Shown: positions 42,135 to 56,605, numbered from the stretch's first letter. The stretch is DNA of 64,000 nt from Eledone cirrhosa (GCA_964016885.1 OZ024743.1:357430001-357494000), one strand, 5' to 3'. The notes: generated from the sequence alone by a model not told the origin. Numbers and translations: made by a program.

Positions 42135-45100
42135 ATGTATATCAATCACAACAACAACAACAATAATGACAACAAGAACAACAACAACAACAATGATAAC
42201 AACAACACCACCACCAACAACAATAACAATGATAACAACAACACCACCAACAACAACAGCAACACGAACAACTCCACGAACAAGGAAAATATTTCTTTTG
42301 CTCAAACCGTCCAAAAGACGGAACTGTTCACATACCTTGAAATTTCCAATGCTAAGGAAATGTTAAGCGATGCAAAACAGTATGTAACTTTTGGTGGGAG
42401 TGGTGCTTTCAGCATCCCTTTTCCTCAACAGTTACGCAGAGAAACCGTTCTAAAAACAGTAATTTTTAGGACGATTTCAAATGTGTCGAAAAAACAGTTC
42501 AATTATCCCAAAACGATATTGAACTGGTTCTGAAGAATTCCATGAAGGATATTGCCTTCATCCAAAAAGGGAAACTTTTTGGAAGCATTTCGGTATTGTT
42601 GAAACACCACTTGACAGCACAAAAATATTCTGTATCGCCGATTGTGTCCCCCCTTTACACATTTTTCCCCACATATATGGGAAAAAGAACACATAAAATA
42701 AAAATTTCGAACATTGCACCAAATGTAAACGTCTGGTGGATTCTAACTAGCTTCATCGATTTCGACGAAGACACCATCATTTCGGTGGGAAAGTCCTCCA
42801 GAGGCACATTCAATGGTACAAGCATGGAAGTTCTGGTCCAAATGAGGCCAGAACGGATAGCTAAAATACCCAAACGTGTGCCTCTGGATGGAATTTCACA
42901 CATAAACATTTCTGTTGAGAGTAGGTGCCTTCATGTTACCACTGTTTAAGCAGTGGTCACCTGAAGGCTTACTGTCCTCAGTTAACTACAAAAAAAGAGG
43001 CACTACTGCCAACACCAAAAACAACAACACAACCACCACCACCACCACCACAACAACAACAACAACAACAACAACACGCAAACACAACCAAAACAAGAAC
43101 AACAAACCAACCTGCAAGCACAGTCCCACCCAACCTCACTCCACTGCAAAAACACCCACAAACACAACAGCTCCCCAAAACATACCCCTTCCAAATAACA
43201 CAGACACCACAACGGACGAGGCCCCCACATCATCACAAAGTGACGATGAGGGAGAGCCTCTCCGTTCGAAAAGAAAGAAGAAAAGACACCACAAAAACAA
43301 AAAAACAACAAACATCACTACAAACATACAACCACCAACACAAACAACACAAACATTACAAACAAAAACCCCCCGTCCCGAAAACAAAACCACGACATCA
43401 CTCCAAACACAAACACCTACAACAAAACGAAAGCTCCCACAAGAACAACAGACAAAACCACAGTAACACAAGAACATTACACATACATAAACAGTAAAAA
43501 CAAAACTTTAATTTAGGTCATCTCCAACGACCCTTCGGTGAAAACCGAAAGAGAAACCTTTTCGAACTGTGTAAACAAACCTAATTTAAAGATGATTAGG
43601 GTCCCTACGGACACTTATAAGTCTTTAAAGGAAAACTTTCCTAAGGGCGTGGGTAATCCTTGTGTTAAACCCATTAACCGCGTCCTTTTAAAAAGTTTCC
43701 CCACCCTCACCCCAGACACACCCATCCAGACACCCCCACCCCACCAAACATCTCCGTCCCAACCCCGCCTGAAACCACCACCCACCCAGACAACTCCTCT
43801 AACACCCCCATGGAAAACGTGCGGCCTGATTCCCGGGAGACGAAGAGGTGAGTGTTTTCTTCTCTTCTTTTAACTTTTCAGAACCAACATGGCCAATATA
43901 AGAGTTGGATGTGTGAATGTACGCGGCCTGGGGATGTCCTGGAAACAGGGCAAACACTTAAACGACCTCAGATCGCACAGTATGGATGTAGTAGCCATTT
44001 GCGAGTCCAGGATCTACAGCGAGCGACAGCTGGCTCCCATCTTCGATGACTTTGAGATCTACGCATCTCTCTGTCGGCCGAGGGGTGGGGGCGGGGTTGT
44101 TGTTTTGCTGCGGAAACACCTGGGTCTCGTAATACAGACGGTACATCTGGACCCGGAGGGTCGACTGGTGGTCCTAGACGTTGACGGTAGTGAAGGTGGA
44201 GCTTTCAGGCTGGTGGCCGCATATGCCCCATCCGGGACACCGCGGCCAGACTTCTTCAAACGTCTAGAGACTTTTCTGGGAACGTCCCGCTCCTTGCTTT
44301 TAGTGAGGGATTGGAATGGAATCCTAGATGCACGTTGGGACTATGTGGGAGCATGTCCCGATAAAGGGGGGTGTAACAGCCTCAAACAGTTAATCGGCCG
44401 ATTTGACCTGGCCGATAGATATCGACTAGATTTTCCGACTGTGCCACTGTGGACGTGGAGTAATCGCAGCGGAACATCTAGATCGTACCTAGATAGGGTT
44501 CTAGTTAGAAATAAGGATAGGGACATGTTAAGCTGTCCACAAATGTTCATGGTTGCCTATTCAGATCACAAACTAGTGACCTGCATGGTCAACCTTGATA
44601 GAACCCATACACAAGGACCCGGCTACTGAAAGCTGTACTTGTCGTTACCGACATGCAAAGCCTACAGTAGACGGATTAGCACTTTAGTTAAACAGCACTT
44701 GACAGGGGCCATTGTCAACAACAGATGGTGGTACTCTCTCAAGAGGGCAGTTAGATTAGACTCGTTAGTTTTTAGTAAAGAATTAGCGTTAGGTAGAAAT
44801 AGAACCGAGAAGGAACTGGTAGATAAAGTAGAAGAGGCAATTAGAAGTGGCAACGTAGCCAGCGTGCTAGCAACGAGAACGGCCTTGGACCAGTTCTTCG
44901 ACGCAAAGCACGAGGGCTGCGTTGTCAGAAGCAAAATACGTGCTCTGGGAAACGAGGGAGCCAAAGCTGTTAGCTGGGCCCGAGTGACGGAGGCAAAAAG
45001 TGGCAACAAGTTCACGATTCGGTCTTTGAAGGACCAAGACCGACGCGTGATACGTGAGCCTAAGCAGATGTGTGCAGCCTTTCAACGGCACTTTGCTCAA

Positions 45101-46278
45101 CTGTTTGGGCAGGGCGGCGAGCGGGAGGGGCTATGGATTTCGGTCTATACCTCGACGGCCTACCGCGACTCTCGGACAGCGAGGCGAGTTCTGCGAAAAA
45201 CCGATTTCAGCCGCTGAGATAGGGGACGCGCTGAGCCAATGCGGCAAACGCAAATCTCAATCTCGACGGTCTACCCTACGAATTTTAAGTAGCAATGCCG
45301 GACTTATTCTCCGGTCTCCTGGAAGCGGTCTACTGCAACTGGCAACAGAAGGAGAGAATTCCCAGTTCTGTGACCGGGGGCGTAGTCACACTAGTCAGGA
45401 AAGACGAGAATAAGGGGGATGACATAGGCAACTTCCGGCCCATAACTCTGCTAAACATAGAGTTACAGATTTGGGCCAAGGTGTTGGCAAAGAGGCTGGT
45501 GCTTGTCGTCGAGAACCTAGTGGGAGAAGCACAGATATGCGCAATCCCGGCCAGGTCCATACACGACAACCTCCACCTCATGTGATACATCATAGAGAGG
45601 GTAGGGTATAAAGCCGGATTCGGTGGGGCCCTGATCAATTTGGATCATTCTAAGGCTTTCGATAGGGTTGACTATCGTTACCTGGATGCGGTGCTCGAGG
45701 CGGCAGGCTTCGGACCCGTGTTCAGGGGCTGGATTGCTGCAATGCACAACAGAAACATCTGCTCAAGGGTCAAGGTGAACGGCTACCTCTCGGAGCCGTT
45801 CCATATCACGCGATCTATTCGACAGGGATGCCCTCTCTCCTCCCGTCTGTACGTACCGACTCTCGAGCCACTACTGCGGAAGTTGGAGCTTTGCAGGGCA
45901 TCCCTCTGGAACCGGGACTGCGGAAAGCGGCGTCGGCCTACGCCGACGACGTGACAGTAATGGTGTCGAGCGCCTCGCAAATTGAGGAAGTCGGCACCTT
46001 ACTGAAGGAATACGAAAGGTTCACAGGAGCGAAGCTGAACCGGGACAAGTCCATCGGTTTGCAACTCGGATCGAGGAGAGGCAGACCGATGCCTTCCGTT
46101 GGCGTCGTCGGACGCTGGACGGAAGGACCGGTAAAGCTGCTCGGGGTCTGGTTTGGTCCGGACCTCCAGGTGGAGAAGAACTGGAACGAGGTGACGGCCA
46201 AGGTGTTTGCACTCACCCAGAAGTGGGCCGAGTGCAAACTATCCCTGAAAGGTCGAGCGGAGGTGGCGAACACTTTTA
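42135..46278 (+). mobile_element. L1/Tx1-type LINE copy A: decayed ORF1 (zinc knuckle) and ORF2 (APE + RT), 3'-broken
   Basis: ORF1 has CYHCLSSGHLKAYC. ORF2 from ATG 43889 has NVRGL..YAP..DWN..YLDR..SDH, FRPITLLN, KAFDRVD, RQGCPLS and YADD. It ends abruptly after AEVANTFI. Confidence 0.92.
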
Positions 46279-49200
46279 TACGCATGCATCAACACTAACA
46301 ACAAGAGTTTGATGGAGGTCATCTCCCAAAACCCCAAGGTGGAGACGGAAGGCAAAACTTTCGTCAAAGCAGAATCGTCTTCACACCTTAAACTTATAAG
46401 GGTCTCTATGGAGACCTATATTGACTTGAAAAATAAATTTTCGCAAGACGTGGGCAACCCCTGCCAGAAACCCCTCAACCGCGTCCTGTTAAAATGTTTC
46501 CCCACCCCACCCAACACCCCCTCCAACACCTAAATGGAGATTGATCTCCAGGAAACGAAAAGGTAAGTGCACCTTTTCGTCTCTTTTCTCCAACTCTTCT
46601 TCACCAACATGGCTAGTTTACGAGCTGGAAGCGTGAATGTGCGTGGCCTAGGGATGTCCTGGAAACAGGGCCAACTTTTAAACGACCTTGGGTCACACGG
46701 TATGGATGTGATACCCATCACCGAGTCCAGGATCCACAACAGGCAGCAACTAACCCCCATCTTCGACGACTTTGAGATCTACGCATCTCTCTGTCACCCA
46801 GGAGGTGGAGGGGGAGTGGCTGTCATGTTTCGGAAGAACCTGGACGTCGAAGTATAGCAAGCACACTTGGACCCGGAGGGTAGACTGGTAGTCCTAGACG
46901 TGAACAGTATTGGAGGTGGAGCCTTCAGACTGATGGCCGTTTATGCTCCGACCGGGCAATCGCAATCACGGCCAGACTTCTTTAAGCGTCTAGAGTCTTT
47001 TCTGGGAACATCTCGCTCCTTACTTTTAGTGGGGGACTGGAATGGTATCATAGATGCACGATGGGACTATGTGGAAGCATGTCCCAGTAGATGGGGGTGC
47101 AACAGCCTCAAAACTTTAATCGGCCAATTCCAACTGGCCGATAGGTATCGACTGGATTTCCCGACTGCACCATAGTGGACGTGGGCAAACCTCAGTGGGA
47201 CATCTAGATCGTATTTAGATAGGATCTTCATTAGAGAAAGGGACAAGGAGATGTTAAGCTGTCCACAAATGCTCATGGTTGCCTATTCAGATCACAAGTT
47301 AGTCGTCTGCTTAGTCAACCGTGATAGAATACATAGACAGGGGACCCGGATACTGGAAGCTGAACGTGTCGTTGCCGGCACGTAAAGCTTACAGTGAACG
47401 GATAAGTAGACTAGTCAAGCAACAGTTAACGGGAGCCATCGTCAACAATAGATAGTGGTACTCTCTCAAGAAAGCAATTAGAGTAGAATCGATAGAGTTT
47501 AGCAGAGAGTTAGCCTTAGAGAAAAGCAAAATAGAAAGAGAACTAGTAGCCAAGGTAAAGGAGGTACTTAGAAGTGGCAACGCGGCTAGATTGTTAGCGT
47601 TGAGAACGACACTAGACCAGTTCTTCGACGCGAAACACGAAGGCTGTGTGGTCAGAAGCAAAACACGTGCTCTAGGAAACGAAGGAGCGAAAGCTGTCAG
47701 CTGGGCCCGAGTGGCGGAGGCAAAAAGTGGCAACAAGTCCACGATTCGGTCTTTGAAAGACCAAAACGGACGCGTGCTACTTGACCCCAAGCAAATGTGC
47801 GCGGCCTTTCAGTGGCACTTTGCGCGACTGTTTGAGCAGAACGACGGTGAGCCGAAAGGGGCAATGGACTTTAGTTCATACCTCGACGGCCTGCCGCGTC
47901 TCTCGAACACGGACGCCGAGTTCTGCTAAAAACCCATCACGGACACTGAGATACGGGACGCTCTGGGCCGCTGCGGGAAACGAAAGTCACCCGGTCTAGA
48001 TGGTCTATCCTATGAGTTTTACATAGGCATGCCGGACTTGTTCTCTGGTGTCCTCGAGGCCGTCTACTGCAATTAACAGCAGAACGGGAGAATTCCAAGT
48101 TCTGCAGGCAAGGGCGTAGTAACGCTGATCAGGAAAGACGAGAACAAGGGGGACGAAATTAACAACTTCAGACCCATAACTCTGCTCAACACAGAGTTAA
48201 ATATTTTGGCCAAGGTGCTAGCGACGAGGTTGGCGCTTGTCGTCGAGAACCTGGTAGGGAAAGCGCAAACATGTGCAATCCCGACCAGGTCCATACACGA
48301 CAACCTCCACCTCATGCGATACATCATAGAGAGGGTGGGCAGTAAACCCAGCTTCGGTGAGGCTCTGATCAATTTGGATCAGTCTAAGGCATTCGATAGG
48401 GTCGACCATCGATACTTGGAAACGGTTCGCAAGGCAGCCGGTTTCGGTCCCGTTTTCAGAAGCTGGATCGAGGCGATGCACACCAGCATCTGCCCGAGGG
48501 TCAAGGTGAACGGCTACCTATCGGAGCCGTTCGCAATTACGCGTTCCATTCCACAGGGATGCCCTCTCTCCTCCATTCTGTATGTATTGACTCTAGAGCC
48601 ACTACTGCGGAAATTGGAGCTGTTGCAGGGCATCCCTCTAGAACCGGGATTGCGCAAAGCGGCGTCGGCTTATGCCGACGACGTGACGGTAATGGTGTCG
48701 AGCACCTCGGAAATTGGGGTGATCGGCAACTTACTGAAAGAATACGAAACGCTGTCGGGAGCAAAACTAAACCCGGACAAGTCTGTCGGTTTGCAACTCG
48801 GTAGGTGGAGAGGCAAACCGATGATGTCCGACAGCGTCATTGGAGGCTGGACGGACGGACCGGTGAAATTGCTCGGGGTCTGGTTCGGTCCAGAACTCTA
48901 GGTGGAGAAAAACTAGAACGAAGTAACGGCCAAGGTGTTTGCGCTCACCCAGAAGTGGGCAGAGTGCAAACTGTCCTTGAAAGGGCGAGCGGAGGTGGGG
49001 AACACTTTCATAGCGTCCGTCATCTACTACCGCTTGACTGCCGTGCCTTGTCCCCGTGAACACCTCGCCAAAATGGAACGCTTGCTCTTCCAGTTTCTGT
49101 GGAAGAAGCAGGCTCCGCTGGTGAAGAGATCCGTCTGCTGTCAGCACCCTTCCAACGGAGGGCTGGGAATGCCGTGGCTGATGATGCGCAAACATGCGCT

Positions 49201-50288
49201 GAGGCTGCGGCATCTCCAGGTATTCCTCACCGACACCCAACCGGTGTGGGCACCATTTATGAGACAGGCTTTCCCGCAGCTCGTCTCGCTGACGGAGCTG
49301 CAGTCCTGGGTCAAGAAAAGACCGAAAACGATGGGCGGCTGGCACATTGAATGCGCTCAGGCGCTCACAGTCCTCTGGCAAGCGGGCGCAGCAATCAGTG
49401 GAGACTCCACTTCGACATTCTATAGAGGGATTGTACGTTACAAGGGCGACGACGTGCTTGGAAAGACTCTGGGCGCCGAAGACAATGAGCTCACCAGTCT
49501 GTTTGGTAGGACTTTCCACCCGGGATCTATGGACAACTTCCAGAGGTTCCTGGCCTGGCAGTGCTACCGAGGAGCTCTACCGGTTCGTGACAAGATCTAC
49601 AGGCACGGACGCCCCGGCAGGGATCCTTCCAAGAGGAAGTGTCCAAGATGCGCGCAGGACATTGAAACCGTCCTGCACGCAATTGTACACTGCTCGGGCG
49701 TAACCGACCTGTGGAACTAGGCAGAACTGTTGTCGCGCATGGGACAAATCTAGTTGACTGCCGAGTTCATAGTAAGGATCAAACCGCCAGCCTCTTTCAA
49801 AAACGAAAGAGAGGCGGTTTTCCTCTGTACAGTGGCTATGGTGAAAGAGGTTATATGGTGGACGAGATTGAGAGGACTGAGGATAGATGCCTTTCTCTCC
49901 GGACAACAATTGATTCCCTTCTTTAAGTATCACTTTAGAAGGGGAATCAGAGTGGAGAGAGAGGCACTACACCCCAGTAAATTTACTGAAAGGTGGGTGA
50001 ATGTAGCAAAAATGGCCCGAGTGATTGGGCCTTCTCTGTTTATAAGCCTGTAGGTTGAAGAAGAGAGCAAAAGGAAGAAAGGAGCACTTGCACAACACGC
50101 CCCTGGAGTTGAGGGTTGTCCTATCGACGGGGTATTAAACAACTCATTTGTGCCCCCCCCCCCCCCTATTGGGGATTTCGATTGTTGTAATTGTTTGTTC
50201 TATAGTTTTTACACGACTGTATGTAAAATCCCCGGCATGTCATTGTATTGTCCCCTTTTCTTGTGCGCCCTTGTAGCAAATAAAGAAA
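46279..50288 (+). mobile_element. L1/Tx1-type LINE copy B: ORF1 tail, full-length decayed ORF2 (46609-50053) and 3'UTR
   Basis: APE, RT (QGCPLS, YADD) and a C-terminal CPRC..ETVLHAIVHC zinc finger, with several in-frame stops. Ends in AATAAAGAAA followed by (TC)n. Confidence 0.93.
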
Positions 50289-50315
50289 TCTCTCTCTCTC
50301 TCCCCCTCTCTCTCA

Positions 50316-50429
<114 letters not shown>

Positions 50430-50525
50430 AAAGGTATATATTGAGTTAGAAACTCAAAATAGTCTCTTACAATAAAATAGCTCTAGGAAAGCGATTTTTC
50501 CGAGCCGTATATTACAATTGAATAT

Positions 50526-50911
50526 AAAAGAGAGATAAACACAGATATATACATATATGTGTTCAAATCGTAAAGAACCAGATTCGCTAAGATAAAAAAA
50601 TACTAACTATGGACAATAGGGTTTGCCAGATTCAATTTAAGAATAAATCACGAAAATAAATACAAACCAGAATTGTGGTAACTACCAATCACCCAGACAG
50701 CGTTTGGCTATGCTGTTTCGCAAATTAATTGTGAAGAGGATTACCATTCTTGCTCATCAGTGAGTGTAGAATTAGTAAGCTCCCCACTTCTAAGTATATC
50801 AGAAAACTGAATAGTGTGCGTTTATATAATAACGCACATGGTACTTTTACCTTAGCGAATCTGGTCCCTTACAATTTGAACACATATATGTATATATCTG
50901 TGTTTATCTCT

Positions 50912-50914
<3 letters not shown>
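50526..50914 (-). mobile_element. ~390-bp non-coding element with ~70-bp inverted termini and a central canonical hammerhead
   Basis: 50526-50598 is an imperfect reverse complement of 50845-50914. (TA)n lies at the right end. Confidence 0.7.
50690..50766 (-). ncRNA. Canonical type I hammerhead ribozyme, monomer-competent
   Basis: cactca-CTGATGA-gcaa..ttgc-GAAA-cagc-atagccaaac-gctg-TC-tgggtg. G-C closes stem II, stem III is 5 bp, and the site is GUC. Confidence 0.87.
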
Positions 50915-50980
<66 letters not shown>

Positions 50981-50985
<5 letters not shown>

Positions 50986-51357
50986 AGGAATTCCAACTTT
51001 GTCTGATTTACTCGTTTTATTTACAATCCTTTAAAATATATAATGGTATTATAATGAAATAGTATGATAGAATATTAAATTCTAAGTGTTAATTGAACAA
51101 GTACTTTCATGCTTTCGCAATCTTCAGGTTCATAATATGTGGTGACAGTCGAGTTTGCAATTTTCACAGTTGAAAATTGCAAACTCGACTGTCACCACAT
51201 ATTATGAACCTGAAGATTGCGAAAGCATGAAAGTACTTGTTCAATTAACACTTAGAATTTAATATTCTATCATACTATTTCATTATAATACCATTATATA
51301 TTTTAAAGGATTGTAAATAAAACGAGTAAATCAGACAAAGTTGGAATTCCTCTTATT
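50981..51357. mobile_element. ~375-bp near-perfect palindrome with hammerheads on both strands (51205-51243 +, 51094-51132 -)
   Basis: The arms are reverse complements around ~51168. The motif is tgaac-CTGAAGA-ttgcgaaagcat-GAAA-GTAC-TT-gttca. (TA)n flanks. Confidence 0.88.
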
Positions 51358-51431
51358 AATATAATCTTCTATACACAATCATACACACCCGTGTATATTT
51401 ACCTATCTATCTATATATATATAGATAGATA

Positions 51432-51521
<90 letters not shown>

Positions 51522-53399
51522 GGGTGTTAGTGAGGATTATATATAATGGTATCTGTATTTGCATGTGTGTATATACGGGTATATCTATGTACTGATGTGG
51601 ATTATCGTCGTGTGTTTATGTGTGTGTATATAGATGGGTATATGTCAATGTATATGTGCATATGGGTTTGTATAAGCGTATAGTAGTGCTACATGTAAAA
51701 ATATAGGTAATTTGTAGCTATGTATTTGTACCTAGTAAAATAAGCTGGTACATTTACGTAATCTGAAATAAAGGCTGGTAACCTCCAGACAATTTTAGCC
51801 AAAACGGGCTTCCATATATTTTTATAACATTAATACTTCCGCCAAGGTTGACTTTGCCTTTCATCCTTACGGGGTCGATAAAATAAAGTACCAGTAATGC
51901 ACTTGGTAATTGCTGGTCTTGTGCCTAACGTAGAAACAATTAATACTTATAATACCGTTTCCTGTGGTTAGATTCCAATGTAACTTTAGTGAATAAATAA
52001 TTGTTTCTACTTTAGGCACAAGGCCAGCAATTACCCAGTACATTACTGGTACTTTATTTTATCGACCCCGTAAGGATGAAAGGCAAAGTTAACCTCGGCG
52101 GGATTTGAACTCAGACTGTAAAGGGACGTAACTATGCTAGAAAACATGGCGTCCAACCCTCTACCGACACTGCCAATATAAATAATACTGATATGCACTA
52201 ACTACAATCATGTAGTATATTCATGTCAGAAGAGGAGTGCTGAAAATACCTGTCAGACTAACCACTAAGAACAGCACCTTCCATAACATTAAGGAAAAAA
52301 ACCTTGTTTATATTTTTGACTCTTCAATTGTGATGGCGTACACACACGGTCGGTACAAAATACCTTTAATATGTTATATATAATTGATTCTAATGATTTC
52401 TTTATAAAGGTAATGAAAATAACAAGCTTTGGAGAAGAATGAAACATATGTAAATCAAATAAATAATGTATAAATTGTTAAACCTTGGTGATCTATTATT
52501 TGCGCTACACACACACATACACACACGCACACACACACACACATGCATATATATATATTTAAATGGTTAATTAATCAATCGATTATAAGTGTGGTGTTTG
52601 TGTCAATTAATAAATTCATGTGTAAACAGGATTAAGCCTGTTAATAGGTCCATTATAACTATAATATGAGTTCACAACGGAATATTAGTATATTAATGAA
52701 TATGAATATAGGGCGCTACATTTTCATATCTCAATTTATTGAATAATCTATCGTTATGTGCATTTCCGTAATGCCTGCTGGTCGTTACGTTTTATACGGG
52801 CCGATACGCCTTCGTCAGATATGTGACCAACATTATGTAATTATTTTATACGAGAAACGAATATAGAAAATACGAGTGTCTTTAGACTAAACAGAACAAT
52901 AAAGTAGTAAGTACTCTGATGTACCTACCAAACTTATCAAAAGAAAAATAAGGCGGCTGGAAAGAAAGATAAAGTTCACAGAAAACAAAAGAATATGTTG
53001 AGATATGTAAATACGAACAAAAAGTTATTTCGAATGTAAATATAAAGCAAGAAAACACGACGCATACATTTTTACGGAGAAAAAACCCGAAAGAATGCAG
53101 ATATAACCTTGATTTTTAAATTAGGCTCAAAGCCAGCAAATTTGAAACAGAGGTAAAGTTGACTAAATTAACCCCAGTCCTTAACTGGTACATTATTTTA
53201 TCGGCCCTGGAAAGATATAATAAATTTGACCCCGGCAGGATTTGAACTCACAATAGAAAGACCCCCCCCCCAAAAAAAAACCACGATGGCATTTTATCCG
53301 ATAATCAGTCAACGCTCTGTTAGTAAAAAGCGCCATAAAATAGATTAATTCAATTTCAGAGTGAATATATAACATTATATGAAATGACTAAAAGGAAAT

Positions 53400-53685
53400 G
53401 ATAGGTAAAAAATAACGCAATATATAGGGCAAAGACCCCCTTCGGTCACCATGAGATTTACACCTAGAATGTTATCCTCCGAGTCGCATGTCCGGGCAGT
53501 CGCCCATGCATTCCGATCTCTCCTTCTCCATGTCACAGATGTTCTCCAAGGGAAAGGCAGTCGCTGACATAGCTTGACACCAGTGACGTCGTAACTCATT
53601 CCGACAGCTGAATGAACTGAAACAATGTGAAATAAAGTGTCTTGCTCAAGAACACAACGCAGAGCCCAGTCCGAGAATCGAAAGC
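53400..53685 (-). mobile_element. SINE copy (related plus-strand copy at ~23930-24090)
   Basis: Shares the CTTTCCCTTGG..CATGGAGA.GGAGA..TGCATGG core. On the plus strand it reads AAAGTGTCTTGCTCAAGAACACAAC. Confidence 0.55.
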
Positions 53686-53899
53686 AATATATGGATATTT
53701 AAATAAATGAGAGTTTCAGTTATTCAAAGTTATCGTACATATGGTTGAACATTCTTTAGAGAGACATAACCATACCATAGTCCTCAGGGAGATTCAGCGT
53801 GAGGAGGCTGGTCTTTCAGATTAAAGGTGCACTTCATCTGACGGGCTTCGAAACAGTTTCCGTCTACCTAATATAATTCAGAATGCTTGAGCTAACACG

Positions 53900-53941
<42 letters not shown>

Positions 53942-53946
<5 letters not shown>

Positions 53947-54210
53947 AACGAGTAGGACCCCGACGGCTGAGCTCAAGCCGTTTCGACGGCTGAGCTCAAG
54001 CCGTTTCGACGGCTAATTCTGGACGAATTAGCGGTCGAAACGGCTTGAGCTCAGCCGTCGGGGTCCTACTCGTTCCTATTACGCACTCTACTACCCTAAG
54101 TATTGAGTACTTTGGTGCGTTATGGTCCACTTGGTTCCTTACCACATTTCCTTCGTTATATATATATATATAGATATAACGAAGGAAATGTGGTAAGGAA
54201 CCAAGTGGAT
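53942..54210 (+). mobile_element. pLTR-like element (21857 family) with inverted duplications at both ends
   Basis: A 5' palindrome (53942-54079) contains an internal ~24-bp tandem duplication. The 3' end (54126-54160) is mirrored at 54176-54210. Confidence 0.8.
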
Positions 54211-54258
54211 ATATATATATATATATATAGATAGATAGCTGGTTAGATAGATAGATAT

Positions 54259-54350
<92 letters not shown>

Positions 54351-54384
54351 CTGTGTGTGCTTGCGTACGTATGCGTGTTTGCGA

Positions 54385-54451
<67 letters not shown>

Positions 54452-55025
54452 CGTGTGTGCGTGTGTGCGTGCGTGTGTATGTATCTGTATACGCACGCAC
54501 GCGTTCACATATACATACACGTAGATAAATATGGTATTTAGGATATATTAAAATTGTATAAACGAAACGATAAAGTTAATATGCTTAGAAGAGTGTTAAA
54601 AATAAACTCTTAAATCATTAAATCATTTCAGAATGTTGAAATATCAAGCAAAATATTTATTAGATTATTATGTCCGAAAGGATTACAAGAACTCCTCCAG
54701 GTCGGAGCAAATACAGTTAGATTGTCTGTTTTCGGTCGAAAAGCAATGATCTTGGAGCCAGTTAACTGATGGCGTACACTGATGTCCATTGTACATCTAT
54801 TTCAGTCATTTAAATTTAGTTTTTTCCTAAAGACTCGAATAATCTGGACTCGTTATGGCGTACAACAAAGTTATTGAATTACTATTAAATAGCTTTTTCT
54901 TTGCGGCGGGTCCCAGACACGAGAACAAAAATACAAAATATAACGCGAGAAAGACTTGTACTTTTCTTTCTTTCACCTCCTGGTCCCCCCCCCTCTCTCT
55001 CTCTCTCTCTCTCATACACACACAC

Positions 55026-55258
<233 letters not shown>

Positions 55259-55327
55259 ATATATGTATATATATATGTATATATATATGTATATATATGT
55301 ATATGTATATATATGTATATGTATATA

Positions 55328-55391
<64 letters not shown>

Positions 55392-55402
55392 CATATATAT
55401 AT

Positions 55403-55542
55403 CAAGAAGGATACAGTAAGAAAATGTGTAGACCATTACTCACCAGAGTACTTGATACTTGGTGTAATAGAGTATGGTTATATGAAAGACACGGGAGCCC
55501 GACGGCTGAGGTCTGGCCGTTTCAATAGCTAGTTCCCGACTC

Positions 55543-55545
<3 letters not shown>
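55403..55545 (-). mobile_element. Diverged relative of the 21857/53942 family
   Basis: Minus strand has GAAAC-ggc..gcc-GTC-ggg and a similar 3' tail. Lies between (TA)n tracts. Confidence 0.6.
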
Positions 55546-55637
<92 letters not shown>

Positions 55638-56221
55638 CACGTGTATGTGTGTTAGAGTGTGTATGTGTGTATGATATCTCTGTTGTGAAATGTGCGATCT
55701 ATTTCATTTTATGATGGAGCTTCTCAAAATACTAGTTGAAAAGATGAATGATAGATTGTGTGTGCGTTTGTGTGAGTGTGTGTGTGCATGCGCGCGCTCG
55801 CGTGTATATGTGTGTGGAGAGAGATAGACGGGGGAAAACTATAAACTTTAATAAAAGGTGAGAAAATGCGAAGTCACTGCAACATCTAGTTTGATTAATT
55901 TAATATTATGAATAGAGGCAAGGAGTTTTGAAAATCGATTGTTACAAACTTGAATATGGTTTAAAAAATAATTTAGGTGTTCATCAGTTATTTGAAACAA
56001 ATTAACGGGAAGGGGTGGAGAACGAAGATGAATAATAAGAAGGATGGGTGAACTGAACTAAGATTCGGGTGGATATTTTTTTTCTTTTTAATGAATTGTT
56101 TAGTAATCATTTAAGGAATAAAAGGAATTCGATGGATGGAATTAGAAAATAAAAAACAAAAACGTTATTTTTTGTCTTAACATTTACGGATGTATTTGAG
56201 TATCTAAAATTAATTATATAT

Positions 56222-56605
56222 ATATATTAGAAAAAAAACGAGGAAGTTTCGTTTACATGTATAAGATATTTATTGTGTATCGACCTGTTACGTGTGTTTC
56301 GCTGAGGATTGGCTCAAGGTCACCCATAGGAGTTATGGACCCGACTCCACTATCCATCTTCAGACTGGCGATGTGACAAAATTCATATTTGACACATCAC
56401 CATTCTGAAAAGCAGATAGTCGAGTCGGGTCCATAACTCCTATGGGTGACTTTGAGCCAATCCTCAGCGAAATGTGCGTAACAGGTCGTTACACAATACA
56501 TATAAATGAACGAAACTTGCTTATTTTTTTCTAATATATACACTCCGCCTGTGAATAGAGTGCTTACTTTGGTACCAACACCAGTAATTCACTGAATCAC
56601 CTACA

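Noticed and set aside
43848-43881. GT-AG micro-intron fusing ORF1 and ORF2 in LINE copy A
   Set aside because: It is only 34 nt, and the AG is not conserved at that position in copies B and D. Only the donor motif is retained as a finding.
52780-52825. Hammerhead-like CTGACGA on the minus strand
   Set aside because: No GAAA at the right position and no stem I pairing.
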